A stretch of 64,000 bases of DNA. Origin: Rubrivivax sp. GTDB taxonomy: Bacteria > Pseudomonadota > Gammaproteobacteria > Burkholderiales > Burkholderiaceae_C. A program made the position numbers and the translations under genes. The notes under the pieces were generated by a model. That model was given only the letters and a program-made list of their open reading frames with translations, had not been told where the DNA came from and made no database searches. This document shows positions 1-9,491 of this stretch, one piece after another. The stretch is taken from contig JAEUPD010000222.1 in the NCBI GenBank assembly GCA_016788525.1, positions 557 to 64,556 of the forward strand. The letters run 5' to 3'. Every line of letters starts with the position of its first letter. Position 1 is the stretch's first letter.

Positions 1-695
1 TTGCCGGTGTCGTTGGCCGCCTGCATGCGGATGAAGATGGCCTTGGCGATGCGCTCGAAGCCCTCGCTGTCGAACGCCGCAGGCACGAAGGCGGCAGTGA
101 CGGGCGCGGCGGCCACGGCAGATGCCGCCGTCCCTGCACCCGGCGCGTGGCTCGCCGAGGCGCCGAGTGACGGCTCGGCCTGCCGCTGCAGCGGCGCGTT
201 GGCCGCCGGCTGCGCGGGCGGCCAGGCGACCTGGGCACCCGACGACCCAGCAGCGCCGGCCGCGGCCAGCGCCGGTTGGCGTGCCGTGCCGCCCGCCATG
301 CGGCGGCGCAGGAAGGCGAAGAGCGCGACGGCGGCAATGACCACCAGCAGAATCAGCATGAAGCTGGCCAGTTCCTCGCCGAAGCCCAGGTGGCTGGCCA
401 GCGCGGCCAAGCCGAGGCCGGCGGCCAGACCGGCGACCGGCCCCAGCCACGAACGCTTGCCCGCCGCGGCGGCTGCGCCGGGAGCCGCGGCGGCGGCCGG
501 CGCGGCGGCCTGCTGGCCCGGCGCCGCGGTGGGCGCCTGCGCCGGCGGTGCGTTGGGGGCGGTGCGCTCGGGCATGCTGCGCTGCGTGCCGGTGGACTTG
601 CCGCCGCCCAGGCGCTTGGCCTCGGCGTCCGAAGGTGCCAGTGTGGTGGCCAGGGCCGCCACCAGGGCGCCGATCAACCATTGCTTGATCATCAT
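1..695 (-). CDS. Tim44-like domain-containing protein (3' end runs off window)
   Basis: Manual translation: MMIKQWLIGALVAALATTLAPSDAEAKRLGGGKS...SWLGPVAGLAAGLGLAALASHLG...FDSEGFERIAKAIFIRMQAAND. GGAG RBS upstream. Not in the ORF track because it is truncated. Confidence 0.8.
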   Translation of the reverse strand, partial: MMIKQWLIGALVAALATTLAPSDAEAKRLGGGKSTGTQRSMPERTAPNAPPAQAPTAAPGQQAAAPAAAAAPGAAAAAGKRSWLGPVAGLAAGLGLAALASHLGFGEELASFMLILLVVIAAVALFAFLRRRMAGGTARQPALAAAGAAGSSGAQVAWPPAQPAANAPLQRQAEPSLGASASHAPGAGTAASAVAAAPVTAAFVPAAFDSEGFERIAKAIFIRMQAANDTG

Positions 696-883
696 CTGTG
701 TGTCTCCATGAGGTGCGGTCCGCAGAGCCAGGCGCGGTGCCGCGACGGCGGGAGTGTCGGTCATCCTGCGCTCGCCGCGAAAGACCCCACGCCGTGTCCC
801 CGATAGGATGCGCGCCGCGAGGGGCCCGGGCCCGGCGTGCTCTCCGTGGTGAGGGCGATCACGCGCCGTTCAAGGGGCGCGCA

Positions 884-917
884 AGGGATCGGGGGCACGC
901 CAGGGATCGGGGGAACG
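884..917. repeat. Two 16-bp direct repeats, AGGGATCGGGGG(C/A)ACG, 18-bp period
   Basis: Copies at 884-899 and 902-917 in a divergent intergenic region. Confidence 0.7.
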
Positions 918-949
918 GTGAAAGCGCAGTGCGAGGGAGGAGCCAGGCC

Positions 950-1432
950 ATGACCACGGTGCTGCTGTGGACGGCGTGCTGGGGGTTGATCGTCATCGGG
1001 GTCATCGGCACGGTGCTGCCGGCGCTGCCGGGCACGGTGCTTGTCCTGGTGGGCATCGTGCTCGGCGCGTGGGCCGATGGCTTCACACGCGTGGGCGGCG
1101 GCACGCTCGCGGTAGTTGGCGCGCTGGCGGTGCTGGCCTGGGCGCTGGACTACGTGGCCGGGTTGCTGGGGGCGAAGAAGGCCGGGGCCAGCCGCCAGGC
1201 ACTCATCGGCGCGGCCATCGGCACGTTTGCCGGCTTGCTGTTCGGGCTGGTGGGGGTGCTGTTCATGCCGCTGGTCGGGGCGGCCGTGGGCGAGTACCTG
1301 GCGCGGCGCGACCACGAACAGGCGGTGAAGGTGGGGCTGGCCACCTGGCTCTGCCTGCTGGCCGGCATGCTCACCAAGGTGGTGATTGCCTTCGTGATGG
1401 TGGGCATCTTCATCGCCGCGCTGCTGCCGTAG
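950..1432 (+). CDS. DUF456 family membrane protein
   Basis: IGTVLPALPG...LDYVAGLLGAKKAGAS...PLVGAAVGEY motifs; GGAGG RBS. Confidence 0.85.
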   Translation: MTTVLLWTACWGLIVIGVIGTVLPALPGTVLVLVGIVLGAWADGFTRVGGGTLAVVGALAVLAWALDYVAGLLGAKKAGASRQALIGAAIGTFAGLLFGLVGVLFMPLVGAAVGEYLARRDHEQAVKVGLATWLCLLAGMLTKVVIAFVMVGIFIAALLP

Positions 1433-1546
1433 CGCACCCGTCTGCCCGGCGCGGCACCGGGGCACAGCCCGGGTGCCGTGATGGCGCGGCAAGGGCGCGA
1501 CACATGCGCCGCACCGAAGCCGCCCCGGTCCTTGCCCCTGCGCGAA

Positions 1547-2353
1547 TCAAGCGCCGATCAACCGGCCGACGAACTCGTGCAGCACCAGCCGCACCTGGGT
1601 GTAGCCCGCGACGGTGGGCAGGAAGTCCATCAGCCGGGGCTTCATCCACGGCTCGATGCCCATCGGCGCGGCCACCAGCTGCAGGTTGGTGCTGCCCAGC
1701 GCGATGGCGCTCTTGAAGTTGCCCAGCGAGCGCGGCATGTGATAGCCGTGCGTCACCAGCACGATGCGCTCGATGCCCTGCTGGCGCAGCAGCGCCACCG
1801 AGCGCAGCGCGTTCTCGCGCGTGTCGCGCGAGTCACCTTCGGTCCACTTCAGCGGCCGGCCGAAGTCGCGCTCGGCCACGCGCGCGGCGATTTCGGCCTC
1901 GCTCTGGCCGGCCTGCGCGCCATGCGCGCGGCCGCCGGAGAACAGCACCGGCAACTCGGTCTGCCGCGACAGCCAAAGGCCGTAGCGCAGCCGCTCGATG
2001 CCGCGCGGCGGCAGCTCGGACACGCCGTACTCCGGGGCGAAGTCGCGGTGCCCCCCGCCCAGCACCACGATGGCGGTACGCGGCGCCTTCTTCAGGTCGG
2101 CCACCTCGTTGGCGGTGAGCGAGCGCGTGGGCGGCAGCAGCCAGTGCGTGAGCGCCGTGCCGACCGCGGTGGTGCACATCGCCCACAGGCCCAGGCATCC
2201 GATGCTCACGACCATCCAGGCCCGCACGCGGTAGCGCGCGAACAGGCGCGCGCCCAGCAGCACGATTACGAGGAACGGCACGGGCGGCATGACCAGCGCC
2301 TCGAGCGCCGGGCGCCAGTTGTCGATGCCCAGCCACAGCAGGAAGTCGTTCAT
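1547..2353 (-). CDS. YdcF/DUF218 (ElyC-like) family protein
   Basis: AIVVLGGG, LFSGG, SEA, SRDTRENA, LVTHGYHMPRS motifs; N-terminal TM helices. Confidence 0.85.
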   Translation of the reverse strand: MNDFLLWLGIDNWRPALEALVMPPVPFLVIVLLGARLFARYRVRAWMVVSIGCLGLWAMCTTAVGTALTHWLLPPTRSLTANEVADLKKAPRTAIVVLGGGHRDFAPEYGVSELPPRGIERLRYGLWLSRQTELPVLFSGGRAHGAQAGQSEAEIAARVAERDFGRPLKWTEGDSRDTRENALRSVALLRQQGIERIVLVTHGYHMPRSLGNFKSAIALGSTNLQLVAAPMGIEPWMKPRLMDFLPTVAGYTQVRLVLHEFVGRLIGA

Positions 2354-2473
2354 GGCGTGCGGCCCACCTGCGGCGACCGCAGGCTGTACCGGGGTGTGTA
2401 CTGATAATGGCCGCGAGTGTAAGGACAGCGTCCGCGCGGTCGACACGGTACCGCACGCCCAGGAGCCCGCCCG

Positions 2474-3070
2474 ATGAACTCGATGCCTCTGCCGAACCCG
2501 ACCGGCCCCGTTTCGCCGCCCTCGCCCCCGCAGCAGGCGAACGAGGTCATCACGCTGGCCGGTGGCTGCTTCTGGTGCCTGGAAGCCGTGTACGAGCTGG
2601 TCGAGGGCGTGCTGGCCGTGGAGAGCGGCTACAGCAACGGCCATGCGCGCGACCCGAGCTATGAGCAGGTGTGTGGAGGCGGCACCGGCCACGCCGAGGT
2701 CGTGCAGGTGAGCTTCGACCCGGCACGCATCACGCTGGCCGAGGTGCTGGAGATCTTCTTCCACATCCACGACCCGACGACGCTGAACCGGCAGGGCAAC
2801 GACGTGGGGCCGCAGTACCGCAGCGGCATCTACTGGCACGAGCCGGCGCAGGAGTCGGTGGTGCGCGCCGTCTTCGACCAGGCGCAGCAGGCCCATCGCG
2901 GGCGCGTCGTCACCGAACTGGCGCCGTGTGCCAACTACTGGCGCGCCGAGGACTACCACCAGCACTACTTCGCCAACCACCCGGGGCAGGGCTACTGCTC
3001 GTTCGTCGTCGCGCCCAAGGTGGACAAGTTCCGCCGCACCTTCAAGGCGCGCGTGAGGTCGAAGGCCTAG
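2474..3070 (+). CDS. msrA: Peptide-methionine (S)-S-oxide reductase
   Basis: GGCFWC, GHAEVV, HDPTTLNRQGND, QYRS, AEDYHQ motifs. Confidence 0.97.
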   Translation: MNSMPLPNPTGPVSPPSPPQQANEVITLAGGCFWCLEAVYELVEGVLAVESGYSNGHARDPSYEQVCGGGTGHAEVVQVSFDPARITLAEVLEIFFHIHDPTTLNRQGNDVGPQYRSGIYWHEPAQESVVRAVFDQAQQAHRGRVVTELAPCANYWRAEDYHQHYFANHPGQGYCSFVVAPKVDKFRRTFKARVRSKA

Positions 3071-3207
3071 GCGCCGGCGGCCGGCGGGCTGCGCGGCGAC
3101 TCACTCAGTGCGATGCCTTTGGCGCGGGCGGGGGGCGGCCGGTGCGCGCAGCGCGCGCAGGGCGCGCAGGGCGAAATGGGAGCACGGAGCGAACCCGCGC
3201 GCCGCGC

Positions 3208-3675
3208 TCAGCGCAGCGAAGCGAAGGCGGTGGTGGGCTGTGGCTCGCCGAACAGCGCCTCGAGCGCCCGGCGCACGCGCTGACGAAGGCGGCGGCGCTC
3301 GGGGTCGGGGCCGGCGAGGCTGCTGAACAGCGGCGCGCGCAGCAGCCACAAGTCCACCGGCTCTTCCGCAGCGCGCACCTGTTCGCACAGCCACTGTGCC
3401 TCGGCGCCCGCCAGCGCGCTGGTGGCGTCGAGAAAGGTCAGCTTCAACGCCACGAAGGCCCGGCGGGCCGCCAGCGTGGCGGCGCGGTCCTGCGCGACGC
3501 CGAAGCCCGCGGTGTAGTCGCGCGGCGGTGCCGATGGCGCCGCGGCCGCCGCCGCCAGCGCCAAAGGGGCCACCACGGGCCGCGGCGCCGCGTGCTCGGT
3601 GTCGGCCCAGGCCAACGTCACGAGCGGGCAGGGCCGGCGTTGGGCGAGGGCGTTGACCGGCTGGCGTTGAGGCAT
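3208..3675 (-). CDS. Hypothetical protein, paralog of the adjacent upstream gene
   Basis: ATG overlaps the upstream TGA (TGATG); shares the FLDA..G.EA..L..LW.LRA..FS pattern with its neighbour. Confidence 0.65.
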   Translation of the reverse strand: MPQRQPVNALAQRRPCPLVTLAWADTEHAAPRPVVAPLALAAAAAAPSAPPRDYTAGFGVAQDRAATLAARRAFVALKLTFLDATSALAGAEAQWLCEQVRAAEEPVDLWLLRAPLFSSLAGPDPERRRLRQRVRRALEALFGEPQPTTAFASLR

Positions 3676-4154
3676 CACAGCGCTCCGAACTGCGAGCGGC
3701 TGTGCCGCACGGGGAAGTGGCGGTTCAGGCGCAGCAGCCGCTGCTCGGCCTCGCGCTGCGAGCGCGCCAGCCCGACGAGGCTGAAGACATCGGCACGCAG
3801 GTGCCAAAGCTCGCGCAGCGAGTGCGCGTGGTGGATGCGGTAGCGCAGGGCGTGAGCCTCGTCGCCAGGCACGTCGGCCACAGCGTCGAGGAAATCGCCG
3901 CGCACGGCCGGCAGGCGGTTCAGCGGCGGCGCGGCCTCCTGCGGGGCCGGCGCGAGCAGCCAGAACATCAGGCGCTGCCAGGCCGAATCGGGCGCATGGC
4001 GCAGCGAGGGCGGCGAGGCGTCCAGGCCGGGGCTGTTCGTGCTGGGACCGAGCGTGGAGCGCCGGCCGGCGCTGGACGGACGGATCAGGCCCGCGACACC
4101 GCGAGAACGCGGCCCGGGCGCGTGGCGACTGGTGGTGGTGGGCAGCATCGGCAT
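3675..4154 (-). CDS. Hypothetical protein
   Basis: GC3-biased ORF with WQRLMFWLLAP...LRELWHLRADVF...LNRHF; start uncertain (4148/4154/4190). Confidence 0.7.
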   Translation of the reverse strand: MPMLPTTTSRHAPGPRSRGVAGLIRPSSAGRRSTLGPSTNSPGLDASPPSLRHAPDSAWQRLMFWLLAPAPQEAAPPLNRLPAVRGDFLDAVADVPGDEAHALRYRIHHAHSLRELWHLRADVFSLVGLARSQREAEQRLLRLNRHFPVRHSRSQFGAL

Positions 4155-4299
4155 GGGCGTGATATCGGACACGTCGGCCGCGAACTTCAATCCGCGGCAC
4201 GAGCATGGTCGCGCTGGCCGCGGCAGGCCGATGCTTGGAACAGACGGCCCGAAGGCGGCCTATTCCGGGCGTTCGGAAGGTGGCCGGGCGCGAGCGGGA

Positions 4300-4421
4300 A
4301 GGAGCCCCTGTGCCGCGCCAGGCCCATGGGCAGGGCAAGCCTGGCGAGGCGGCCACGTGGGCCGGGCTGGCGGCGCACCGACCCCCCCTGAGGGCAGGCC
4401 AGGCGCGGGGGGGCGGCCCGG
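4300..4421 (-). repeat. Possible degenerate REP-like GC-rich hairpin element after lexA
   Basis: CCGGGCCGCCCC...CCCTCAGGGGGG immediately after the stop codon; resembles the element at 30.4 kb in character. Confidence 0.3.
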
Positions 4422-5111
4422 CTACATCAGCATCGTGTTGCGGATGAGCCCCACCGCCAGCCCCTCGAGGGCGAACCCTTCGGTGCCCGGGGGGACCACG
4501 ATGGTCTGGAACTCGGGGTTCTCGGGGATCAGTTCGATGCCGGCCTTGGTGCGGCGGAAGCGCTTGACGGTGACGTCGTCGCCCAGCCGCGCGACGACAA
4601 CCTGGCCGTTCTTCGCTTCGGAGGCCTTCTGCACGGCGAGCAGGTCGCCGTCGAGGATGCCGGCGTCGCGCATGCTCATGCCGCGCACCTTGAGCAGGTA
4701 GTCGGGCCGGCGCTGGAACATCGAGGCTTCCACCAGGAAGGTCTGGTCGATGTGCTCCTGCGCGAGGATGGGGCTGCCGGCGGCCACGCGCCCCACCAGC
4801 GGCAGCGTGAGCTGCGCCAGGCTTGGCAGCGGCAGCGCGTACTGCTTGCCGTACTGCGACAGGCGTGCCGCGTTCAGCGCGCGCAGCGTGTCGCTCTTGA
4901 GCCGGATGCCGCGCGAGGTGCCCGGCGCCAGCTCGATGACGCCCTTGCGCGCCAGCGCCTGCAAGTGCTCTTCGGCGGCGTTGGCCGAGCGGAAGCCGAG
5001 TTCGGCGGCGATCTCGGCGCGCGTGGGGGGGGCGCCGGTGCGCTCGATGGCGCTTTGCACCAGGTCGAGAATCTGCTGCTGGCGGGCGGTGAGCTTGGGG
5101 CTTTCGTCCAT
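4422..5111 (-). CDS. lexA: SOS repressor LexA
   Basis: LTARQQQ...PPTRAEIA...AEEHL HTH; VAAG cleavage site; GMSM catalytic Ser; VTVKR catalytic Lys. Confidence 0.98.
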   Translation of the reverse strand: MDESPKLTARQQQILDLVQSAIERTGAPPTRAEIAAELGFRSANAAEEHLQALARKGVIELAPGTSRGIRLKSDTLRALNAARLSQYGKQYALPLPSLAQLTLPLVGRVAAGSPILAQEHIDQTFLVEASMFQRRPDYLLKVRGMSMRDAGILDGDLLAVQKASEAKNGQVVVARLGDDVTVKRFRRTKAGIELIPENPEFQTIVVPPGTEGFALEGLAVGLIRNTMLM

Positions 5112-5169
5112 GGTGGGGCGGGCTCTGCGCCGCGCGCCGGTGCGGGTTGCGCCGTGGCGGGCCATCGAG

Positions 5170-5204
5170 CTGGCTGTTTATCCAGTGGCTGTATTTTCAT
5201 CCAG
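5170..5204. promoter_or_regulatory. Two tandem LexA (SOS) boxes
   Basis: CTGGCTGTTTATCCAG (5170-5185) and CTGTATTTTCATCCAG (5189-5204) fit CTG-N10-CAG, upstream of lexA. Confidence 0.85.
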
Positions 5205-5214
5205 AAAGATCGAG

Positions 5215-6189
5215 ATGCCAAGCCTTGCGGAGAGTCCTTCGCCCCCGGTGGTGGTGGTCATCGGCACCGGCGGCACGATCGCCGGTGCCGCCCTGCGCGC
5301 CGACGACCATGTCGGCTACCGCTCCGGCGCCATCGCCGCCGATGCGCTGGTGGCCGCGGTGCCGGCGCTCGCTGCGCACGCCATCGAGGCCGAAACGCTG
5401 GCGCGGCTGGACAGCTGCGACGTGGACCCCGCCATCTGGCTGGCGCTGCGCGTGCGCTGCTCCGCCGCGCTGGCGCGGCCCGAGGTCGCGGGGGTCGTCA
5501 TCACCCACGGCACCGACACGCTCGAAGAGACGGCGTACTTCCTGCACCGCACGCTGGCGGCGCCCAAGCCGGTGGTGCTGACCGCGGCCATGCGCCCGGC
5601 CACGGCGCTTTCAGCCGATGGGCCGCAGAACCTGCTGGATGCCGTGACGCTGGCCGAAGCGGCCGGTGTGCGTGGCGTGCTGGTGGCGATGGGTGGCCAG
5701 GTCTATGCCGGCGCCGACCTGCGCAAGGTGCATGGCTGGCGTGTCGATGCGTTCTCGGCCGGCGACGCCGGCGTCGTGGGTGCGCTGGCTGACGGCAAGC
5801 TGCGCCGCTACCGCAGCTGGCCCGACGCCCCGCTGCACCCGGCCGCCGCCGTGCTGCCCGATGCGGCGGCCTGGCCCGCGGTGGACATCGTGACCAGCCA
5901 CGCCGGTGCGCGCGCCGAGGTCATCAGCGCCCTCGTGCAGGCCGGCGCACGCGGCCTCGTCATCGCAGGCACCGGCAATGGCACCGTGCACCACACGCTG
6001 CTGGCGGCGGCCCGGAAGGCCCAGGTGGCTGGCGTGGTGGTGCGGCGCGCCTCGCGCTGCCAGCTCGGCGGCGTGGTCGGCGCGCCGGCCACGGCGTTGC
6101 CCTCGGCCGGCGAGCTCACGCCGCCGCAGGCGCGCATCGAGCTGCTGCTCGACCTCATGGCTGCCGAGGCTGCGGCGGCAGCGAGGTGA
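5215..6189 (+). CDS. L-asparaginase family protein
   Basis: GTGGTIAG, ITHGTDTLEET, AMRP...SADGP.NL, GTGNG motifs. Confidence 0.93.
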   Translation: MPSLAESPSPPVVVVIGTGGTIAGAALRADDHVGYRSGAIAADALVAAVPALAAHAIEAETLARLDSCDVDPAIWLALRVRCSAALARPEVAGVVITHGTDTLEETAYFLHRTLAAPKPVVLTAAMRPATALSADGPQNLLDAVTLAEAAGVRGVLVAMGGQVYAGADLRKVHGWRVDAFSAGDAGVVGALADGKLRRYRSWPDAPLHPAAAVLPDAAAWPAVDIVTSHAGARAEVISALVQAGARGLVIAGTGNGTVHHTLLAAARKAQVAGVVVRRASRCQLGGVVGAPATALPSAGELTPPQARIELLLDLMAAEAAAAAR

Positions 6190-6203
6190 ACGGGGCGCGA
6201 AGC

Positions 6204-6899
6204 TCAGGCCGGGCTGGTGACGAACAAGACTTCGACGCCGCGCCGCCAGAAGGCCTGGGTGGGCAGCCACAGCCACAACACCTGCATCAGCACCAGCGCC
6301 GCCAGCAGCGCGCCATAGATGCCGCGGCCTCGGCGGTCGAGCGCCATCAGCAGCGCCACCGCCGCGTTGGCCACGATCGACGAACCGTATTCCGTCAGCC
6401 ACGCCGGCGCGCCACTCGCCAGATTCGTGAACACCCGCGCGAACACCGGGTCGAGGATGCTGAGGCCGCTGGCCACCATCCAGCGCGCGTGCCGGGCCGC
6501 GTCTCGCCGATGCCGCAGCGCCATGGCAACGCAGCCGCCGAAGATCAATGGCGACGCCAGCTGCACCACGAAGAGCCCGTAGCGAAAAGGCTCGATCGCC
6601 GCGCCGGCCGCCGGCCGCGTGACCTGCCACGCGAGCACGAGCGAGACGGCGACGATGGCCGGTGCCAGCACCCAGGCGCTGCGGCCCAGCGCCCGGTGTG
6701 CGCTGCGCCGGCCGGTGGCGACCAACGCGGGCTGCACGGCCAGCAGCGCACACCACGCGGCCATCAGCGCCGCGTGCAGATGCGTCAGCCTGGGCGCCAC
6801 CTCCGGCAGGCGTTCGAGGTAGGGCTTCCAGAAGGCCGCGATGGCAATGGCCAGCAGCAGCGCGAAGCCGGCAGAGGCCATGGGGGTGATTCGGTTCAA
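6204..6899 (-). CDS. Hypothetical multi-pass membrane protein
   Basis: About 6-7 hydrophobic helices with His-containing motifs (HLHAA, HRALG, HARWM); GGAGG before a TTG start. Confidence 0.7.
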   Translation of the reverse strand: MNRITPMASAGFALLLAIAIAAFWKPYLERLPEVAPRLTHLHAALMAAWCALLAVQPALVATGRRSAHRALGRSAWVLAPAIVAVSLVLAWQVTRPAAGAAIEPFRYGLFVVQLASPLIFGGCVAMALRHRRDAARHARWMVASGLSILDPVFARVFTNLASGAPAWLTEYGSSIVANAAVALLMALDRRGRGIYGALLAALVLMQVLWLWLPTQAFWRRGVEVLFVTSPA

Positions 6900-7106
6900 C
6901 GTGCGCCTCCCGATGAGCCGCGCGCACTGTCGTGGCCGCCGGCACTTTGCGCTACGGGGCGGCCCGCGAAACGGATTCGCTTCGGCGGGCGCCCGGCCCG
7001 GCCGGACGCGGGAGCGCGCTGTCGAGGCGTGTGGCCCCGGCTCGATCGGACTTGGCCCGCGAACGGGCGATGTCCCCGGCCAGGGCCTTGACGATGCGTG
7101 CTGTGC

Positions 7107-9491
7107 TCAGGCGGCGGTGCGACCGCCCCGCCGGCCGGACCTCGGAGTGGGCCGCGGAGTGGCCTTCTTCCTGGCGGGCGCCTTCTTCGCCGCCACGGCC
7201 TTGCGCCGGCCACTGGCCTGTCGCCCCGCCCCGAGCGCCGGGTTCACCACCTGCGCATAGGGCAGCACCAGCTCCAGCGGCGGGCTGAAGCCGCCCACCA
7301 GCGCCGTGGTGGGGTAGGGCCCGGGGGCCACCGCCTCGCCGGCGAAGCGCACCACCCAGAACGCCTCGATGATGGTGGCTTGCTGCTCGGGGTTGAATTT
7401 CTTGAAGTCGCCCGCGGCGTCAATGAGCATCTGGTCGGTGACCAGGTAGGAGGCCGAGTCGTCGTAGGTGCCTTCGTGGAACAGCGTGTCCAGGCCCGCG
7501 CCGATCTGCGCTTCCAGCGCCCGCGTCATGTACAGCGGCCCCTCCTGCACGCCCTGCCACACGTGGGCCAGCTCGTGGATGATGGTCTGCATGTCCACCT
7601 TGGCGCCGGGCCCGAAGTTCAGCAGGTACATGGTCGTGAAGGCGCGCGGCATCTCGATGTTCAGCAAGCGCATCACGTCGCCGGGCAGCGCGGCGAAGCC
7701 GATCTTCACGCGGTCGAGCTGGATGCTGGTGCCGAACACCTTGCGCGCCTGGTCCATCGCGCCCGGAATCTCCGACAGGGGCTTGTAGCCGCCCAGCACC
7801 TCCAGCAGCACCGTGAAGGCCAGCAGCACCACCGACACGCCGGCCTCGGCGGCGGCCTTCAGCAATTGCAGCGGTGCCTTGCCCAGCGCGATGAGGCCTT
7901 CGAAGAAGCCGCGGCGGAAGGCTTCGACCACGCCGGTGCAGATGTCCTTGACCAGCGAGGCCAGGCTCAGGCCCATGGCCAGGAGTGCCTCCAGCGCGGT
8001 GCGCAGCGCGCTCAGCGTGCGGCCGGCCAGCGCCACCAGGAAGGTGACCACCTTGTGGCCCAGCGCCAGCAGCGCGGTGAACACCGCCTTGGCCACGGCG
8101 ATCGCCTGCGTGGCCACCGTCTGCACCAGCGCCGCCACGGTGTGGCCGAGCGCGATGAGCGTCTGCACCACCAGCCGCACGCTGGCCGCGGCCAGTGCCG
8201 CGGCGGCGGCCAGCACCTCGGCCACCGACCGGCCCAGCGCCGCCAGGGTCTGCAACAGCAGCCGCAGCACGGTGCCGGCGGCGGCGAGGGCTTCGCTCAC
8301 CAGGTCCTTCACCGTCCGGCCCAACTGCAAGAGTGCGTTGACCACGTGGCGGCAGGCGGTGGTGGCCAGGCGCACCGCGTCGGCCAGCACGCTGCGCACC
8401 AGCTGGCCGGCGGCCAGCAGCGCGTCCACCACGGCGCGGATGACGCCGAAGCCCTGGTTGGCCACGGCCGTGAGCAGGTCGAACAGGCGCTTGCCCACGG
8501 CCATCAGGCCGCGCAGCACCGCCACCATGGCGCTGCGCCCCAAGGCCACCACGTTGAGCACCAGATCCGCCACCGCCTTGCCCAAGGCCACCAGCTTGGC
8601 CACCACCGCATTGGCGGCGCTGGCCACCTGCCCAACGCCCCAGGAGAGCACTTCGAAGACCGACCGGCCGGCGCCCAGCACGGCCTCGACGAACTTCTGC
8701 AGTTGTGCCACGCCCTTGGTCAGCGCCGCGGCCAGGATGTCGCCCACGCGCTTGCCGGCACGCACCAGCGCGGTGACCAGGTCGCGCAGCTGCGCGACGG
8801 TCCAGTTCAGCGTGGAAGAGATGGCGTCGGCCAGCGACTTGCCGGCCTTGGTGACGGCGTTGACCACCGAGTTGATGGCCCCGCCGATGGCGCCACCCAC
8901 CGAGCTGATGGCGCCGCCCACGGCACCGACGACGTCGCCGAAGAATCCGCGGCTCGTGGCCCGCGCCGACGACCCGGCCTTGGGCGCTGCCCTGGCGCCC
9001 CGGCGGCCCGGTTGGCCCCAGTGGCGCAAGGCCGCGGCACGCGCGGCGCGGCTGCGCGGCGCGTTCAGCGCCGCACCGGCCATGCCCAGCCACTGGAACA
9101 CGCTGGCCAGGTCGCCGCCGTCGTCCAGATAGTCCTTGATGAACGCCTCGGCCTGTTCTTCGGGCAGCAGCGCCATCTGGTGCACCAGCGCCAGTTCCGA
9201 CCTGGCCTGGCGGAAGCCCGCGATCAAGGTGCGCCGGCGTGCCCGGTCGCCGCTGACGGAGATGGCGTTCACCAGCTGGCCGGCATCCTTCAACTTGTCG
9301 ATACCGGGCCGGTTGGCAGTGAGCATGCCCATCGTGATCTTCTGTGCCTGCAGCGGGTTGAGCGCGAAGGCCTTGTTGAAATTCAGGTGCGGGCTCGAGA
9401 TCGGCGTCACCGCTGCCAAGGCGAGCTGTGCACGGGCGGTGGAACGGCCTGCAGAACTTGCGCTGCGGCGCGCGGGGGTGCGTGTGGCCAT
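7107..9491 (-). CDS. 794-aa protein: 29-aa tandem helical repeats plus C-terminal HExxH (DUF4157-like) metallopeptidase domain
   Basis: AGGAGG RBS; about 12 repeats of type VVxALLALG+SVxDLL; IIHELAHVWQ...FNPEQQA; Lys/Arg-rich termini. Confidence 0.8.
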   Translation of the reverse strand: MATRTPARRSASSAGRSTARAQLALAAVTPISSPHLNFNKAFALNPLQAQKITMGMLTANRPGIDKLKDAGQLVNAISVSGDRARRRTLIAGFRQARSELALVHQMALLPEEQAEAFIKDYLDDGGDLASVFQWLGMAGAALNAPRSRAARAAALRHWGQPGRRGARAAPKAGSSARATSRGFFGDVVGAVGGAISSVGGAIGGAINSVVNAVTKAGKSLADAISSTLNWTVAQLRDLVTALVRAGKRVGDILAAALTKGVAQLQKFVEAVLGAGRSVFEVLSWGVGQVASAANAVVAKLVALGKAVADLVLNVVALGRSAMVAVLRGLMAVGKRLFDLLTAVANQGFGVIRAVVDALLAAGQLVRSVLADAVRLATTACRHVVNALLQLGRTVKDLVSEALAAAGTVLRLLLQTLAALGRSVAEVLAAAAALAAASVRLVVQTLIALGHTVAALVQTVATQAIAVAKAVFTALLALGHKVVTFLVALAGRTLSALRTALEALLAMGLSLASLVKDICTGVVEAFRRGFFEGLIALGKAPLQLLKAAAEAGVSVVLLAFTVLLEVLGGYKPLSEIPGAMDQARKVFGTSIQLDRVKIGFAALPGDVMRLLNIEMPRAFTTMYLLNFGPGAKVDMQTIIHELAHVWQGVQEGPLYMTRALEAQIGAGLDTLFHEGTYDDSASYLVTDQMLIDAAGDFKKFNPEQQATIIEAFWVVRFAGEAVAPGPYPTTALVGGFSPPLELVLPYAQVVNPALGAGRQASGRRKAVAAKKAPARKKATPRPTPRSGRRGGRTAA

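Noticed and set aside
7107-9491. Phage tape-measure protein or prophage
   Set aside because: No phage structural, packaging or integrase genes nearby; the strict 29-aa period and HExxH domain fit a solenoid-peptidase better.
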